A stretch of 60,000 nucleotides of DNA from Callorhinchus milii (GCF_018977255.1 NW_024704743.1:69566001-69626000); one strand, 5' to 3'; shown: positions 13,556 to 26,822, counted from the first letter of the stretch. The notes: generated by a model from the sequence alone, not told the origin. Program-made: numbers and translations.

Positions 13556-13732
13556 AGGAGGAGTTTCTAAAGTTTGGTGAGAAAGTGCAAAAGCTCTTCT
13601 CTAACTGTTTAGAAATTAGACTGTTGTATTTTACTAAATGCCTTCTCTTTGCCTTCTTTTTGCCATTCGAATAGGAACAGGCTGAGCTTTGCCAATTTTG
13701 AGGCAAACCCTAGCTAAACCTCTCTCCCTCAG

Positions 13733-14160
13733 ATAACCTCTGATTATCAATTGTGGTCTTGTCTCGAGGGAGGTGCAGTCTCTCCAAATGCATCACCCAC
13801 TATCTAGTGGCCATGTCATTGGCAGATCTGATGCTGGTTTTCATCAAAGTCGTTTTCCATAGCATTAATCCATGTTACTTTCCAAATTTGTTTGTGTTCA
13901 TTACTCCTGTGTGTTGACTCGTAGTGTTCCTGGGCTTCTGGGAACAACAACGGCAACTTCAGTCTGGTTCACTGTGACTTTTACTTTTGATCGATATATA
14001 GCTATTTGTTGCCAACAACTGAAAACAAAATATTGCACCAAAAAAACTGCTTGTGTTGTAATAGCCGTAGTCGATGTATTTTTCATTGGGTAAAACATTC
14101 CCTGGTATTCTGTGTTGATGTCAGTCAAATAGTTAATAATATGCCATGGAGGTGCGCAAT
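13733..14160 (+). pseudogene. Decayed GPR139/GPR142-like class A GPCR exon fragment (end of TM1 to ECL2) inside an OXNAD1 intron
   Basis: Acceptor ctctctccctcag (ends 13732), then NL*LSIVVLSRGRCSLSKCITHYLVAMSLADLMLVFIKV...ITPVC*, frameshift, TSVWFTVTFTFDRYIAICCQQLKTKYCTKKTACVVIA...*NIPWY, frameshift, QIVNNMPWRC. Has LAxAD-like TM2 and DRY motifs. Stops at 13741, 13915 and 14091; truncated by a SINE. Confidence 0.88.
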
Positions 14161-14165
14161 TAATA

Positions 14166-14455
14166 CCTCGCCTCACAAACGAGAGACCTGGGTTTGATTC
14201 CTGGCAGGGTGAAACCTTGGCCAAGTTTCCTTACTCCATATGCCTGATATTAATCCCTCAAGAAAAAAAAAACAATAATAATTTGGTCACTTCAATCCAT
14301 GACTGTTTGTGGGATACTGCTGTGCGCAATTGGCTGCCGCGTTTCGCCCACAAAAATGCAGTCAATTTACCTTACAGTATTTTCTGCGAAGCGCTTTGAG
14401 ACATCTAGAAGACGTGAAAAGCGCTACATCAAATTCAAGGATTATTATTATTATT
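14166..14455 (+). mobile_element. tRNA-headed SINE with L2 tail (5' truncated)
   Basis: B-box-like ggtttgattcc, body gtgcgcaattggctgccgcgtttcgcccac, tail aaggattattattattatt. Confidence 0.88.
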
Positions 14456-14520
14456 CATAGCTTTTACTCTTGTAATAAAATCTTGCAAGTGAACAGCTAA
14501 TGTTCTATGTTGCCCTACAG

Positions 14521-14629
14521 AAAACCATTATTGACCTATCAAAAGAATTTCCTGGGAAAATCAACTGTCATTTCCATGTTACACAGCAGAACTCTGAAAT
14601 CTCTGAAAACTTGAAACCTTACGTGACCG
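14521..14629 (+). CDS. OXNAD1: OXNAD1 penultimate coding exon
   Basis: gccctacag|AAA ACC...GTG ACC G|gtaagt; 109 nt, phase 0 to 1; [36 protein letters not shown]; too short for the ORF track. Confidence 0.93.
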
Positions 14630-15074
14630 GTAAGTTTCCTGTGTCCTTCTCATTTTAGCAGAGTCAAGCCAGCTCCTGAAGATATTTTAGTCTGCGGGGT
14701 TTAAAATTAAACCTGACCAATGAGGCAAATTACCAAAACATCTCCAAACATAAAAGTATACAATGAGCTTAGTATTCCTGAACATTATTCACAACATTCA
14801 TTAAATTCACTATACTCTTCAGCTGTATGTATTTAATGATGTATAGTTATAGAATTACGGTTGTTTCAATTTATTGCGTAATTAGTTGGAGGAGAACAAG
14901 GGAAAAGCTTTATTTGGCTTTTGCAAACTAAGTGATAGGTGAAGGTAATGTACTAAAAGCATTTCTAGTTTGTTTTAAATTTTTACTGAAATCTAAATTT
15001 GTAGCTCAGTTATAATATTTAATTATATTATCTTCCTGAAGTTGGTAGAATACAATTACATACTTGTAGAAGTT

Positions 15075-16270
15075 CTGGTATACATTATCAGCCTCTCCTT
15101 ATCCACTGGCACTGTTCTCACCCCCCTAAAAACAGCTGCCATCACCCCCATCCTCAAAAAAAATACCTTCAACACTGTTGACCTTTCTATTCTCCTGCAC
15201 CGCCTCGCCTCTCAGCTCAGTCTTCGCAGCCCTGCCCTTGCCTGGTTTGAACCCTACCTCAGCCACCATCTCCACTTTGTCACCACTAACGGCTTCTCCT
15301 CCAGCCCCCGCACCGTCCCATATGGCGTCCCTCAGGGCTCTGAGCTTTGCCCTCTCCTTTTCAATATATGTTCCCTCTTGGTGACATCATCTGCAGACAC
15401 GGGGTCAATTTCCACATGTATGCGGATGACACCCAACTCTATCTTTCTGCCTCCACCCTCGATTCCAGGACCACTGCTGTCCTGACAGACTGCTTGTCGG
15501 ACATCAAGTCCTGGATTAGAGCTACCTTCTTGCAGTTGAATGTCAACAAGATCGAGGCTCTCCTGCTTGTCTCCCGTCAGTGACTCCATACCTCTGGCAC
15601 GGAGAGCATCTCCCTCCATGGATGCACTCTACATCTCACGGAGCCAATACGGAACTTCGGCCCTCAACTGTCCTTCATGCCCCACATCTGTGCTCGACTA
15701 CACAAACTCCCTGTTTGTCGGCCTCCCCAACTCCTTCCTCCACCGGCTGCAGATCATCCAGAACTCTGCAGCACGTGTCCTCTCCCGCACCAAGCTCCGT
15801 GACCCTATCACCCCCATCTGCACCTGACTCCACTGGTTTCCCATCACACAGAGGATACAGTTCAACATCCTGATCCTTAATTTCAAAGCCCTCCATAACC
15901 TTGCTCCCCCCACCCCCCACCTTTACGACTTCCTCACCTTCTACCATCCTGCCCGTTCCCTCCACTCAGGGGTCTCCGGGGTACTTCAGGTACCCCTCCT
16001 CGCTCCACCGTTTGCGGGCGGTCTTTCAGCCCCCCTGCCCCCACCCTCTGGAGCTCCATCACGCAGTACCTCCGCCTCGCCCCCTCCTTTGCCTCCTTCA
16101 AAACCGTTCTCAAGACCTTTCTCTTCAACCGTGCCTTCAGTTACCCACTTGCCCCCCACCTTCCCCGGTCCTGACCCCCAGATCGGGTCCAAAACACTGA
16201 TTTTTTTTTCATGTCAGACATCCTCCCGACGTGAAAGGCGCTATACAAATGTAATTTTGTTTGTTTGTTT
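15075..16270 (+). mobile_element. L2 LINE fragment (RT to 3' end, internally deleted)
   Basis: [36 protein letters not shown]; tail tcctcccgacgtgaaaggcgctatacaaatg(ttg)n. Confidence 0.92.
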
Positions 16271-18143
16271 GTTATACAGCTCTTTGCCTGTGACCATTCT
16301 TGATTTAAGAGCAGGGGAAGAAGGGGAATCACAGTCAAGCATAATATTGTCTTCACAGAGCATGCACAGGTACACATATGACCTGCTGCTGCATATTAAT
16401 TGATGACACAAATGGCATATTATGCATTATATTTCACAAACCGTATTTGTGCAATTGCTTTTAAATTGACACCTTTCTTATAGCTTCTGTTATTCAAGGT
16501 AATAGAATTTATCAATAGGAATAAATCAACATCGGAATCAAGTTTGACACTTAACATTTGCCTAACATGTAATAATGCTCCTTGCCTGATATATTGCATT
16601 TTGAATTTATTTTAGTATTTAAGGAAGCACTCAACCAAAGTACTTTATGTATTTTTAATACATTGAGACCATGGAGCTTCATCATGACTTCTGGAAATGA
16701 TTTGGTAATATAAGCCAGCCCTCTTTGTCTTGAAGTTGCTGCCTCACCCTGTTTGACATGGTGAACAATTAGTCAACTTTCATTGTTGGATCTCTCAGCT
16801 TCCCTTAGAGAAGTTTATACCATCCATGAATACATGTATCTGATCTTCTTTCTTCCATATTCAGTATCTTTCATTTATCTGTATTGAATTTTGTTTGCCA
16901 GTCATCATGCCATGTGCACACCCTCGCCATTTCACTTTGTAAGACCTTTCTGATTCCACAGTTCTACTCAATCAAGGAGCAACAAATATTTATCTACATT
17001 TATTATTGGTATAAAGGCACTCCTTTCAGACAAGTACTCTTTTAGTCACTCACTACAATCGTGCCTTTTTAGGCTCCTCTTCCCCCTTGTGTATTTTTCT
17101 AATTTTTCTCAATTCATTGCCTTCAGACATTATTTAAAATCATCTATTTTTGACTATCAAAAATGTATTTGTGTGATGTTAAGAAACGCTACAAAAATTC
17201 AGAATATCGATGAATACTGTTTTTTTATGTATGTGACAAGCCATAGTTCAATTTCAGTGCCAGATGTCTGTAGTTGTTTCACTAAAAATGTATTTGCATG
17301 GGAAGCAGCACAAGACGCTGGATCTTGTTAAATTCAAACATGCATGACAAGCCAATTCACATGATTGTGTGCATTTAGCCTGTGGGCCTTATGCTGTGCA
17401 CCTGTGCTCCAGACCTGTGATCCACACTACTACCAGACCCATCTTGCACATGTACTGCAATAATAGAAATACTGTAAATGCAAAGCACTTTAACAGCATC
17501 TGAACTAAAAACTGGTTTTAATGAAGGATCATATTAAAACACCTGTTTTTCTCAATCAGATGCTGATCACCCTGCTTCACACTTTCTGTTTCAGATTTCA
17601 GTCAATCTCATCTTTTACTTGCATGCATTCTTTAGTAATTCAGACAAGCTCTGGCCCCTTTCCAAAAAAATTCTTGCAGAAACTCTTGAGAATGATTCAT
17701 AACACAGATTTTGCGGAACGTTGTGTGATTTTTAAATGCGTCTGGTTTAGGGCACCAGGATGCAGATTTAATCTCTTCATGTATAAATTTTCGAATGGCT
17801 TCAAAGTGAAGTGCCAAGTGGATGTTAACACACCATCACAGGAAGGGGTAAAGCAGAAAATCTCTCTTTTCCTGCAAATGATTCTTGTGTGAGACCTCTT
17901 AATTGGCCAGAAATGACCTAACAGAGTTAGTGAAGGAAATGTTAGTTTTTTGAAAATAAACTCTTGAGCTATTTTTGCTGAATACTTACTCCCATATTCT
18001 CTGTATAAGAAAGCGGATGATAGATTAGCTGTCGGGTTAATGAGTTCCATGTAGCAGTTAGTATTTTATGTTAAATAACGTTGTTTCAGGAGCATGTCAT
18101 TTCAATCTGCAATATCTTAATGACAGCTTTAATTTTTTTCCAG

Positions 18144-18298
18144 CTGGAAGAATATCTGAAATGACTCTGGCACAACATGTATCCAAGAACAACATCTGTT
18201 TTATTTGTGGTCCACCTCCAATGATAGAGTCAGTATCTCAAAAGCTGGAAAAACTTGGTGTTCCTAAAGAAAATATAATTTTTGAAAAGTGGTGGTAG
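18144..18298 (+). CDS. OXNAD1: OXNAD1 terminal coding exon
   Basis: tttttttccag|CT GGA AGA...TGG TGG TAG; phase 1 fits the previous exon; GRISEMTLAQHVSKNNICFICGPPPMIESVSQKLEKLGVPKENIIFEKWW*, with the FNR-family CGPPPM motif and OXNAD1 C-terminal FEKWW. Confidence 0.97.
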
Positions 18299-19642
18299 TA
18301 CATTCTTAATGAAGAATTTTATCATTGGAATTATTCAACATTTAACCTCATGCCCAACTTATCAAAACATATGTAACTTTACTCTTGGTATTGCATATTA
18401 TTCTTGGGTGGTCTTTCCTTAGGTTAGCACTAAAGCTCTGTGTATATATAACCATAAAGTTCTTTCAGGTCAGCACAACTGGATGTGATGTGATCCCTGT
18501 ATTGAATGATTTGAATTGTTATCAGTAATGACTCAGTTCATGATACAATCTCATAATATTAAGTCAAGGTTATATGCTTCTAATTTGTTCATATAGTCCA
18601 TATTCTGTATAATTGATATTGTACTGAGTTGATAGACCCCTGAATACTACAGAATACTTAATTTCCATTCTTTAAATCAAGAAAATACTACATTTGTGAG
18701 AACATCTGTTGAAAAATGTATCCTCTCAAAATAGTACTATTTGTACAAGATAAATACTAAACATTAATGTTTGCAGCTGTCTGTTGAGAGAAGAATGATC
18801 CTGTGCTGCAAATTCAATGAATATCAAAACAACAACAAATTACACTTGTATAATGACCTTCACATCAGAAAAAGTTTTGGTGTGTTTTTAAAACTAGCAC
18901 TGCATGTTCTAGGTTCCCTGCAATATTTAACAGCTAAAAATACCCACCAAGTGTAGCCCTAAGCTATACAGATTAAAAGGTTGCTGGCTCAAATATGAAC
19001 TAGGCTGTTTTTCAAAGTTTTGCCTGAAAGGGGCAAATATTGGGCATAGGAATCTTTTACAAAAAATAAGATGCTGTCCAGTTTATTCCTCAGCACAATT
19101 CATATAATTCCAAGAATAAGATTGATTTTGCATTGTTTTATTCTATGAGCATTGATTATGATTGTTTCTGCATTATCACTAACCATTAGCTAATTGTGGA
19201 TTACTATTATATCACAGTGTTCCAGAATGCTTTTGTTGAATTTCCCCATTGACACTGTTACAAATCCGCCAGCATTGTCATGATTTTGTGATGCATGTGC
19301 CTCTTGCGATATGTTCATGAAAACACTTGTAATATGTAGTCACTGGTTATAATATTTAATTATAATTGAACCCTGTTTTATGCAGTCTATGGAGACAAAT
19401 ATGCTCAATATGTAAACTATTATGACTTACTACAAAGTGCAACATTTAATTATTTTTCATATAAAGAATTTGCTCTGATCTAGATTTGTGTGCGAATTAG
19501 AATGTTATTGCATTCAACAATTTATTGTCCTTTGGATTTGCTTTACAGAATTTAAAGAAACTGAGATATTACTGATTATTTTATAGTGTGGTTTTGAGGT
19601 CGAATCTCATGTGATGTGAATATTTTGATGAATATATACTGA

Positions 19643-19648
19643 AATAAA
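19643..19648 (+). terminator. Candidate OXNAD1 polyadenylation signal (3' UTR about 1.35 kb)
   Basis: AATAAA followed about 15 nt later by a GU/U-rich tract (tcgttttgtgtttg). Confidence 0.55.
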
Positions 19649-21451
19649 TTATTGAATCTCTATCGTTTTGTGTTTGAAGCCCCATTCTTCATTTACTACA
19701 TTCTGCACGCAGCAGATTGAACACAACATATAACAACTTTTTATGTCACAATCAGAATTTGCCAAGCAAAGGAGGCGAGAGATGACTGTTGGTTCAGTAA
19801 ATGGGGGTAGTTTTTTTAGATCTGATTAAAGACTGATGTGGGGGTGGGGGGCTGAGAGTATTCTAGAATTTAGGGCATAATTGCTGAAGGCTCAGACACC
19901 AATGGTGAATTTGAGTAGTTGGAGTTGCATAGCAGTTCTGCATTTGTAGGGCAGTCGGGCAAGGGGAAGAGTGAGGTATGGTCACAATATTAAGGAGGTA
20001 AAAGGGCATGAAGGGTTTTATTGGTGTGACTGGGGACCCTGAAATTGATCCACTGGGAAACTGAAGCCATGGAATCGGTTGAGGGTGGTGGGCTTGCAAA
20101 TTTGATATAGGTGAGGGTCCCAGAGTTTTGTATGAGCTGGAGCTTGTGGATGGTGGAACTAGGGAGATGGCAAGGAGTGTGTTTTGAGAAGATGAAACAA
20201 GAAAATTAGTTGTCTACATTCCTTTCAACAATGCATGTCTGCAATAATGTGGCTGCCAGGGAGGTCAAATTTGTAACTTATAACCTAAGGAATCATAGAA
20301 TCTTACTAAATTAATAAAGAAGGATCGCATATGGAAGCTGCACTTAATGGAAATGAGTTTTGAGGTATCCAAACTGGAGAGAAAGATCTAGAGCTTTAAA
20401 GTGGAAAAGTCACCAAAAACATTAATAAAACAAATATTCCCAACTAGGAAATGGTTACAGTTAAGGCTGCAATGTATATGTTCAGAGAGGTGATTCTACA
20501 ATATGTGAACTTGTGGAGTCCATGTACGAAGTTCTGAAAGGGATATTTAGTTGTTGTGAGGAGGGCAGCAGAGAGCTACTAGTTTAATTGTAGGTATTCA
20601 CAAACCGCTGTGAGGAAACGTTAGCCACAGTAGGAATTTTCTCTTGATCAGAAGATTGTGGGGGTCTTAATGAAGGCGTATATAATCTTGAAAGTTTCAG
20701 ATAGGTTGAGCAGTATACAAAGTTTAAGAAGAAAGGGTCATATTCTGATCTAAAATGGTGTGAATATTCTGCATTTGAGTCACTAGTTGTACCATCTGGT
20801 TTCTAAATATGAGATTGCGAGATGAGCAAAAAAATTACAAAGACCATGGGCAAAGTGCAAAAATAGCTGGTGAGTACAACCATTTTACTCATAAATATTT
20901 ATTCAAACCGCTGATGTGATTTTCCATTTTAACAATCACGCAATCTGAAATTTACAAAATGGAACTCAAATCTGGTTGTCCAAATATCCGATATGATGGC
21001 AGTATGCAAAATCAAGAGAACAAAGAGAATAGGAAATGCAGGAGATTTTTATTGTTAAGATCTCCAGGCTAAAGCACACAAAACATATTACCAGCCATTA
21101 TCCAGCTTGTCTTTAATCCCTCCACAATCTGCTCACCCTACCTTCACAGTCTCTCTAGTTCTGCATTCCAGCTCATACCCTCTGAGTTCCAAAAATAACA
21201 ATGAATAGTAGCTAATTAATTTGAATTTGGAGATAAATTTGAATGAGGAGAGTGTAAAATATTGCATTTATGATACACTAAACTGACATCTTGACCCTGG
21301 TTTAACTACCAGTAGCTACCACTTAAGTCATCAGGCTGTCAATATCATCAGGCTGTCAATATCCTGGCTGCATTTACTTATGCCTAACTCACCACCCTGA
21401 ACAACTCATCACTGAACCCTTTCCCTTGAAGTAATAAGTTATCAGGAGTTT

Positions 21452-22388
21452 ACATAACATAATAACATAACATGTAGGAGCAGGAGTAGGCCATTCGGCC
21501 CTTCGAGCCTGCCACGCCATTCAATCATGGCTGATCTTCTAATCTAACTCCAGCTAATAACCTGACCCTGCCTTATCCCCATGTCCCTTAATCCCTTTTG
21601 CAATAAGAAATATATCTATCTCAGTCTTGAATATGTTCAAGGACTGAACATCAACAGCCCTTTGGGGTAGTGAGTTCCATACATTCACCACCCTTTGCGT
21701 AAAGAAGTTCTTCCTCAACTCAGTGAGAAAGGGCTGGTCTCTGATTTTAAGGTTGTGACCCCTGGTTTTAGTTTCTCCAACCAGGGGAAACAATCTCCCA
21801 CTATCTACTCTATCACGCCCTGTGATGATCTTATAGGTTTCTATAAGATCCCCTCTAATTCTATATTCTAGAGAATATAGACCCAAATTGGTCAGCCTAT
21901 CCTCGTAACTCATCCCTGGTACTAACCTAGTAAATCTACGCTGCACCCCCTCCAAGGCAAGTACATCCTTCCTTAAATAAGGAGACCAAAACTGCACACA
22001 GTATTGCAGGTGTGGTCTCACCAGGGCCCTATACAGTTGCAGCAAGACTTCCCTACTCTTATACTCTAATCCTTTCATAATGAATGCTAACATACCGTTC
22101 GCCTTCCTAATTGCTGCTGCACCTGCAGACTAACTTTCTGCGATTGGTGTACAAGGACACCCAAGTCCCTCTGGACACTAACACATTCCAATCTCTCCCC
22201 TTCTAAAAAAAAACCGCTCTACTGTTTTTGCTACCGAGGTGGATGACTTCGCACTTCCCTACATTATACTTCATCTGCCACCTACCTGCCCAATCACCTA
22301 ACCTATCTATGTCGCGCTGCATTTTTTTAATATCATCCTCTGTGTTGACACTTCCTTCTAGTTTTGTGTCATCCACAAATTTAGATAT
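21452..22388 (-). mobile_element. Young CR1 3' fragment, near-identical to 12616-13555 in opposite orientation
   Basis: 179-aa ORF MLAFIMKGLEYKSREVLLQLYRALVRPHL...GDKAGSGY almost identical to the intronic copy; (CATAA)n tail. Confidence 0.96.
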
Positions 22389-22399
22389 ATACTTACTGT

Positions 22400-22730
22400 A
22401 AATAATAATCATTGCCGTTGTCACAGCATCTTATCATGTCATCAAGACATCTCAAAGAGCTTCGTAGAATTTTACTGTAGGACTGTGTTTACAGGCAAGT
22501 TTGTGCGCAGTCAAATTTGTACACAGCGATATCCCACAATCAGTCATGAAGTGAAAGACACCAGGAGAAACTCCCTTCTCTTTTCGAGAACTGCTATAGA
22601 ATCTTTAACACCCACCTGAACAAGCAGCCAAGACCTCGATTTAAAGTCAGAAGGGCAGCACCTGCCAACAATGCAGAAATGCCCAACACTGCATTGGAGT
22701 CTCAGCCTAGATTTTCTTTGAAATGTGAGA
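22400..22730 (-). mobile_element. Deu-domain SINE
   Basis: Reverse complement of the Deu-type body (gacaccaggagaaactcccttctcttttc; atctttaacacccacctgaac) and the shared SINE tail. Confidence 0.78.
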
Positions 22731-23769
22731 GGGGAGTCCTTTGCGTCCACTTTAATCACAAACCAGCTGAAACCTAAATTAATAACATACAGTAATGATC
22801 TGGAAATCAATAGTACTTGTACTTAATATAGCATTTTGTTATATAAACAACCTCATTCCCTTTGCTACCATACAGATAAATCCTTGTAGGATTTGTTAAA
22901 AACAATCTTCAGAAAGTAACAATGCAGTAACCATATAGCCTTGTCTGAAGTTTTCATCTGTTTAACCAGGTCGGTTCACTTAATAAAATTAAGAAATATC
23001 CACAGGATATTGAAGCAAATAGCATGTTTCCAATACCAACCTTGATTAATACAGAGAAAAACAAACATTCAGATGTTGAAATTCTGAAAGAAAGCCGGAA
23101 ATTACTGGAAATGCATAGCAGGCAAATTAGCATCAGGAAGATACATAAATTTAACGATTCACAGGAATAGGAAAACAGGAGCAGGAGGAAACCATTCAGT
23201 TTCCACTTTCAAAATTGTATACATCTAGCCTGTCAATTCCTTTCATTATTTTAAATACCTCCATCAACATACCCCTTATCCTCTTCTGTGATAAGAATAT
23301 AACTCCAATCTACCCAGCCTCTCATCATTGCTAAGACCTGTCAGCCCAGATATTAATCCCGCAAACCATCAATCCACTTTAAGACTGGATGCCCAAAACT
23401 GACTGCAGTCGTCCGAATGAGATCTGACCATCACATTATGTAACTTGAGAAGCACCTCCCTTCATACAGTATGTTTGTTTCAGCTAAAACTTACTTTATT
23501 TTTTTTTATTTTTCAATTTTAATTTCACTGGTTGTTGCTGCAGATTAGCTGCCATATTTGCTCACATAATATTCTATTTATACAAAATTGCATTATTTCT
23601 AGATCAGCATCCCATTCTTTGATTTTATTATTAATTTTAGGTTCTGATGGGTTTGTGATTCAGCTGGGCGTTAAAGCAATCAATCTTTTATTGTTATGTC
23701 AAAGATCTGAAGATTGTTTTTAACATAGCGTTTGCCTATATAACATTCACTTATTCAAGTTTAAATACA

Positions 23770-24075
23770 ATTTGTCCTTCAGATTAGATGTTAAATCAAG
23801 ATCTCATTTGCCTGTCCAGGTGGATGTTAAAAATGTCAAGGCACTTTTCAAAAAGAGAAGGGAGTTTCTCCTGGTGTTCTGGTCAACAATCCCCCAAATA
23901 AAATTGGTCATTTACTCCATGGCTGTTTGTGGGACATTGCTGTGTTTAAATTCGCTGCTGTGTTTGCCCGTAAAATACACACTACAGTATATCCTGTGAA
24001 TTACTTTGAGATGTTTCAACCGCATGATAAGGTACTATATCAAATGCAATGATTATTATTATTGCTATTATTATT
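23770..24075 (+). mobile_element. Deu-domain SINE 3' part
   Basis: caggtggatgttaaaaat...gagaagggagtttctcctggtg...aaatgcaatgattattatt. Confidence 0.8.
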
Positions 24076-25894
24076 ATACCATTCAGCTGTTTATATTTAG
24101 GGTGAAAGGCGCAATATAAAAGCAAGTTATTATCCTTACAAATTATAGGAAGTTTTGTATCATGGACATAACCTAGTCAGTAGTAAATTGAATCATTTTA
24201 CAACCATAAGAGGGCAGAAACTTTCATCTTACAAATGTAGGCTGCATTGTCACGTAGATTCAGGAAATGAACAAATAAACTACAAACCCACTGTACAACA
24301 GAGTTCTCCCCTTCACCCAAATAATTCTTTTATTGTTATTTTAGAATTTAAAAATAGAATAATCCCCTGTCAATGATCTGAATGTTATTGAAACTATTCT
24401 TCAATGTGCTGCAAATATAAAATACTGTAGTCAGTCTTTCTTCACCCACAGGAAGATCATAGATTAAGTTTGAGACTGGGAATGCTGAAATACATTGCTG
24501 ATTTATGTAGCTCATAAAACATGCTTCGGTGGTAAAAATCGAAAGGGAGCTCAGTCAAGCTAACAATAAAAACAGATCTGATTCTTCAATTTTTTTTCTC
24601 TACAAGAACTTTGTTTGCATCTCCCCAGTTAATTCAGCCTGCTGACAGGCTATTCCCTTTGCTCTAAACTGATCATAAAATATCCCAATGGATCAGTATC
24701 GTGATTGCTGCAGAGATTACAGTGCGTGGCAATATGACAAACTGTTATTGTCAGAGTGGCTGATTATCAAACCAGTTTAGTCTTTTACTATATAGTCTCC
24801 ATGTTTTGGCTCTGAATTGTTGTTGTCCAGCAGAGCCACTCCTTACCTCCTCTGAAAGTAATGATACCCTAAAACCCCCTGCAGATATTTCAACAATGAA
24901 ATAGATGTTATTGGTTTTGCTTTTAATATTCAATTATTAGTTATCTTATTTTGTTACTCCTTATTTTATTTTTTTTCTTATTTGTTTTGGTCAGGCAGTG
25001 TCTGACACATGCGGAAACACACTCACCCTTATTCTAGACTGATTTATAGAAATATCAATGGCACCTAAAAAATTATATCCAGCATGTATCAGTACTTTAG
25101 GTGGGGGGGAGAGGGAAAGGAATAGATGGTCTCGTATGTGGCTTCAAATCCATTCTCTGATGGATGTAAGTGTCCTACGTTAATTAAGATTGGCCAATTT
25201 ACTCAGGTCCACAAAACATTAACTATTTGACCTACAGCACATTCACTGTGGACTTTGCAGAAGCTAGATTGAAGGAACACATGCAGAGAGTCTGAGGAGA
25301 AGAGGGTTTGAGGGAGAGAGTTCCAAAGCTTCAGGGGGTAGTGGCTGAAAGCACGGCCACCGAAGGTGGAGTGGAGAGGACAAGGGACAGGCAGGAGGTT
25401 GGAGCCAGCTGAGTAGAGGTGGCGATTGGTAGAATGGGGAATATGCAGTTCGGAGAGGTAGGTATGTGCCAGGGCATGAAGGGATTTGTAGAAGACAAGG
25501 AAATCCATGAGCTCCAAAAATGTGTCCAAAACTTAGTATTAAATCAGTACACTGCAGAAAGCCATGAAAATGTCTGGTATGAGTCATGACAATATTCCAC
25601 TAGAACAGTGAAATGTGTATTCAGGCTAAGCTTGAAGCCTTGATCTCAATCAGGAAATAACATTTTCTGGGTCAGGGAGAGTGTAAGTAACATTTCTCTT
25701 TAGTGGATACAGACCAGAAAACTGCTATTGAACAAAAAAAGTGCTTAGAACACTCTAGTTATAATTTAGTCTCAATTTCAAATCAAAAAAACATCACAAT
25801 GAAATATAGCAAAATGAGGATAAGGAATATTGTGAAGCCACATTCAGGGAAGGACAATTTCCACCTAACGGAAACTTAGAGCATTACAAAATGA

Positions 25895-26230
25895 CCAACT
25901 AGCGACCATCCTCCTTTGGGAGGGTGGTAAGCCGGGTCTCTTTGGAGCCGAACTGTCTCCAAGATGACATGCTTGACAGTGGAATGTCGGAATCAAGTTA
26001 ACTTTCTGTGGAAGTCTCTAGTTAGGTTCCTGAGCCAGCCGGGTCCGCAGAGCACTGCTAATGTCAGCCCAGTCAGCCTGACTTATCAGAAGCACTTGGA
26101 CGGGCAGACCAGCCACTGGGGCAGGGATTCTTCCCACTCAACTCCTGAGAATCCTGCAAGCCAAAGCCCTAATAAGCAAGACGTCCTGAGATGGACAAAC
26201 AACGGGAAAGTTTTAGAACATTACACTATG
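25895..26230 (+). repeat. Unclassified interspersed repeat X, 5' part
   Basis: cctttgggagggtggtaag...gaatgtcggaatcaagtta...ggttcctgagccag...cctgcaagccaaagccctaat. Confidence 0.75.
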
Positions 26231-26822
26231 TTTAATACAAATCTTCTGATGCTTATTTTGCCACTAAGCATTGCAACATGTGTTGATAATTGAATTTGGC
26301 ATTCTTTTACACAGGCAAGTATTAAGGAATACTGCATATACTGCCAAAACACGTTGCACATGACTTTATATTTGATCCCTTTAATTGCAAACAAGTAATA
26401 CAAAAATGAAAAAATATTATTTTCTTTCTATGGACAAAATGACCCAAAAAGTTTGAAACAATAGTGAAAGATATTTACGATCTTTATCTGTAGGAAATCA
26501 CCAGAAACTGATTCATAATAGTAAAACAATCAACATTTCAAACAATTCAAACAATCAAAAGAAAGCGTACAACTGAAAATATTGTGAGGTGCAGATTTTT
26601 CTTTATAGAAGTGATTGAGTAAAATGTTCAATTGGATCAGAACAGAGCCAGGGTCAACCTGGCTTGGTTGGTAGCATTCTTGGCTCTGAGTCAGAAGATT
26701 GTAGGTTCAAACTCTACTACAGGACTTGAACTCAAATAGTCTTAGATGACATTCCAATGCAGTGCAGTGCTGGAGGATGCGGCATTGTTGGAGGTGCTGT
26801 CCTTTGGATTAAATCCTGTGAA

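Noticed and set aside
11641..14160. Idea that the GPCR fragment is a 3' transduction of the adjacent CR1
   Set aside because: The CR1 ends in its own (ATGTT)n tail and looks much younger than the heavily decayed GPCR sequence; no shared TSD or second tail is visible.
21328..21365. Short local tandem duplications (also ~32090, ~56990, ~57205)
   Set aside because: Two or three adjacent units without unique spacers; ordinary slippage products, not CRISPR-like arrays.
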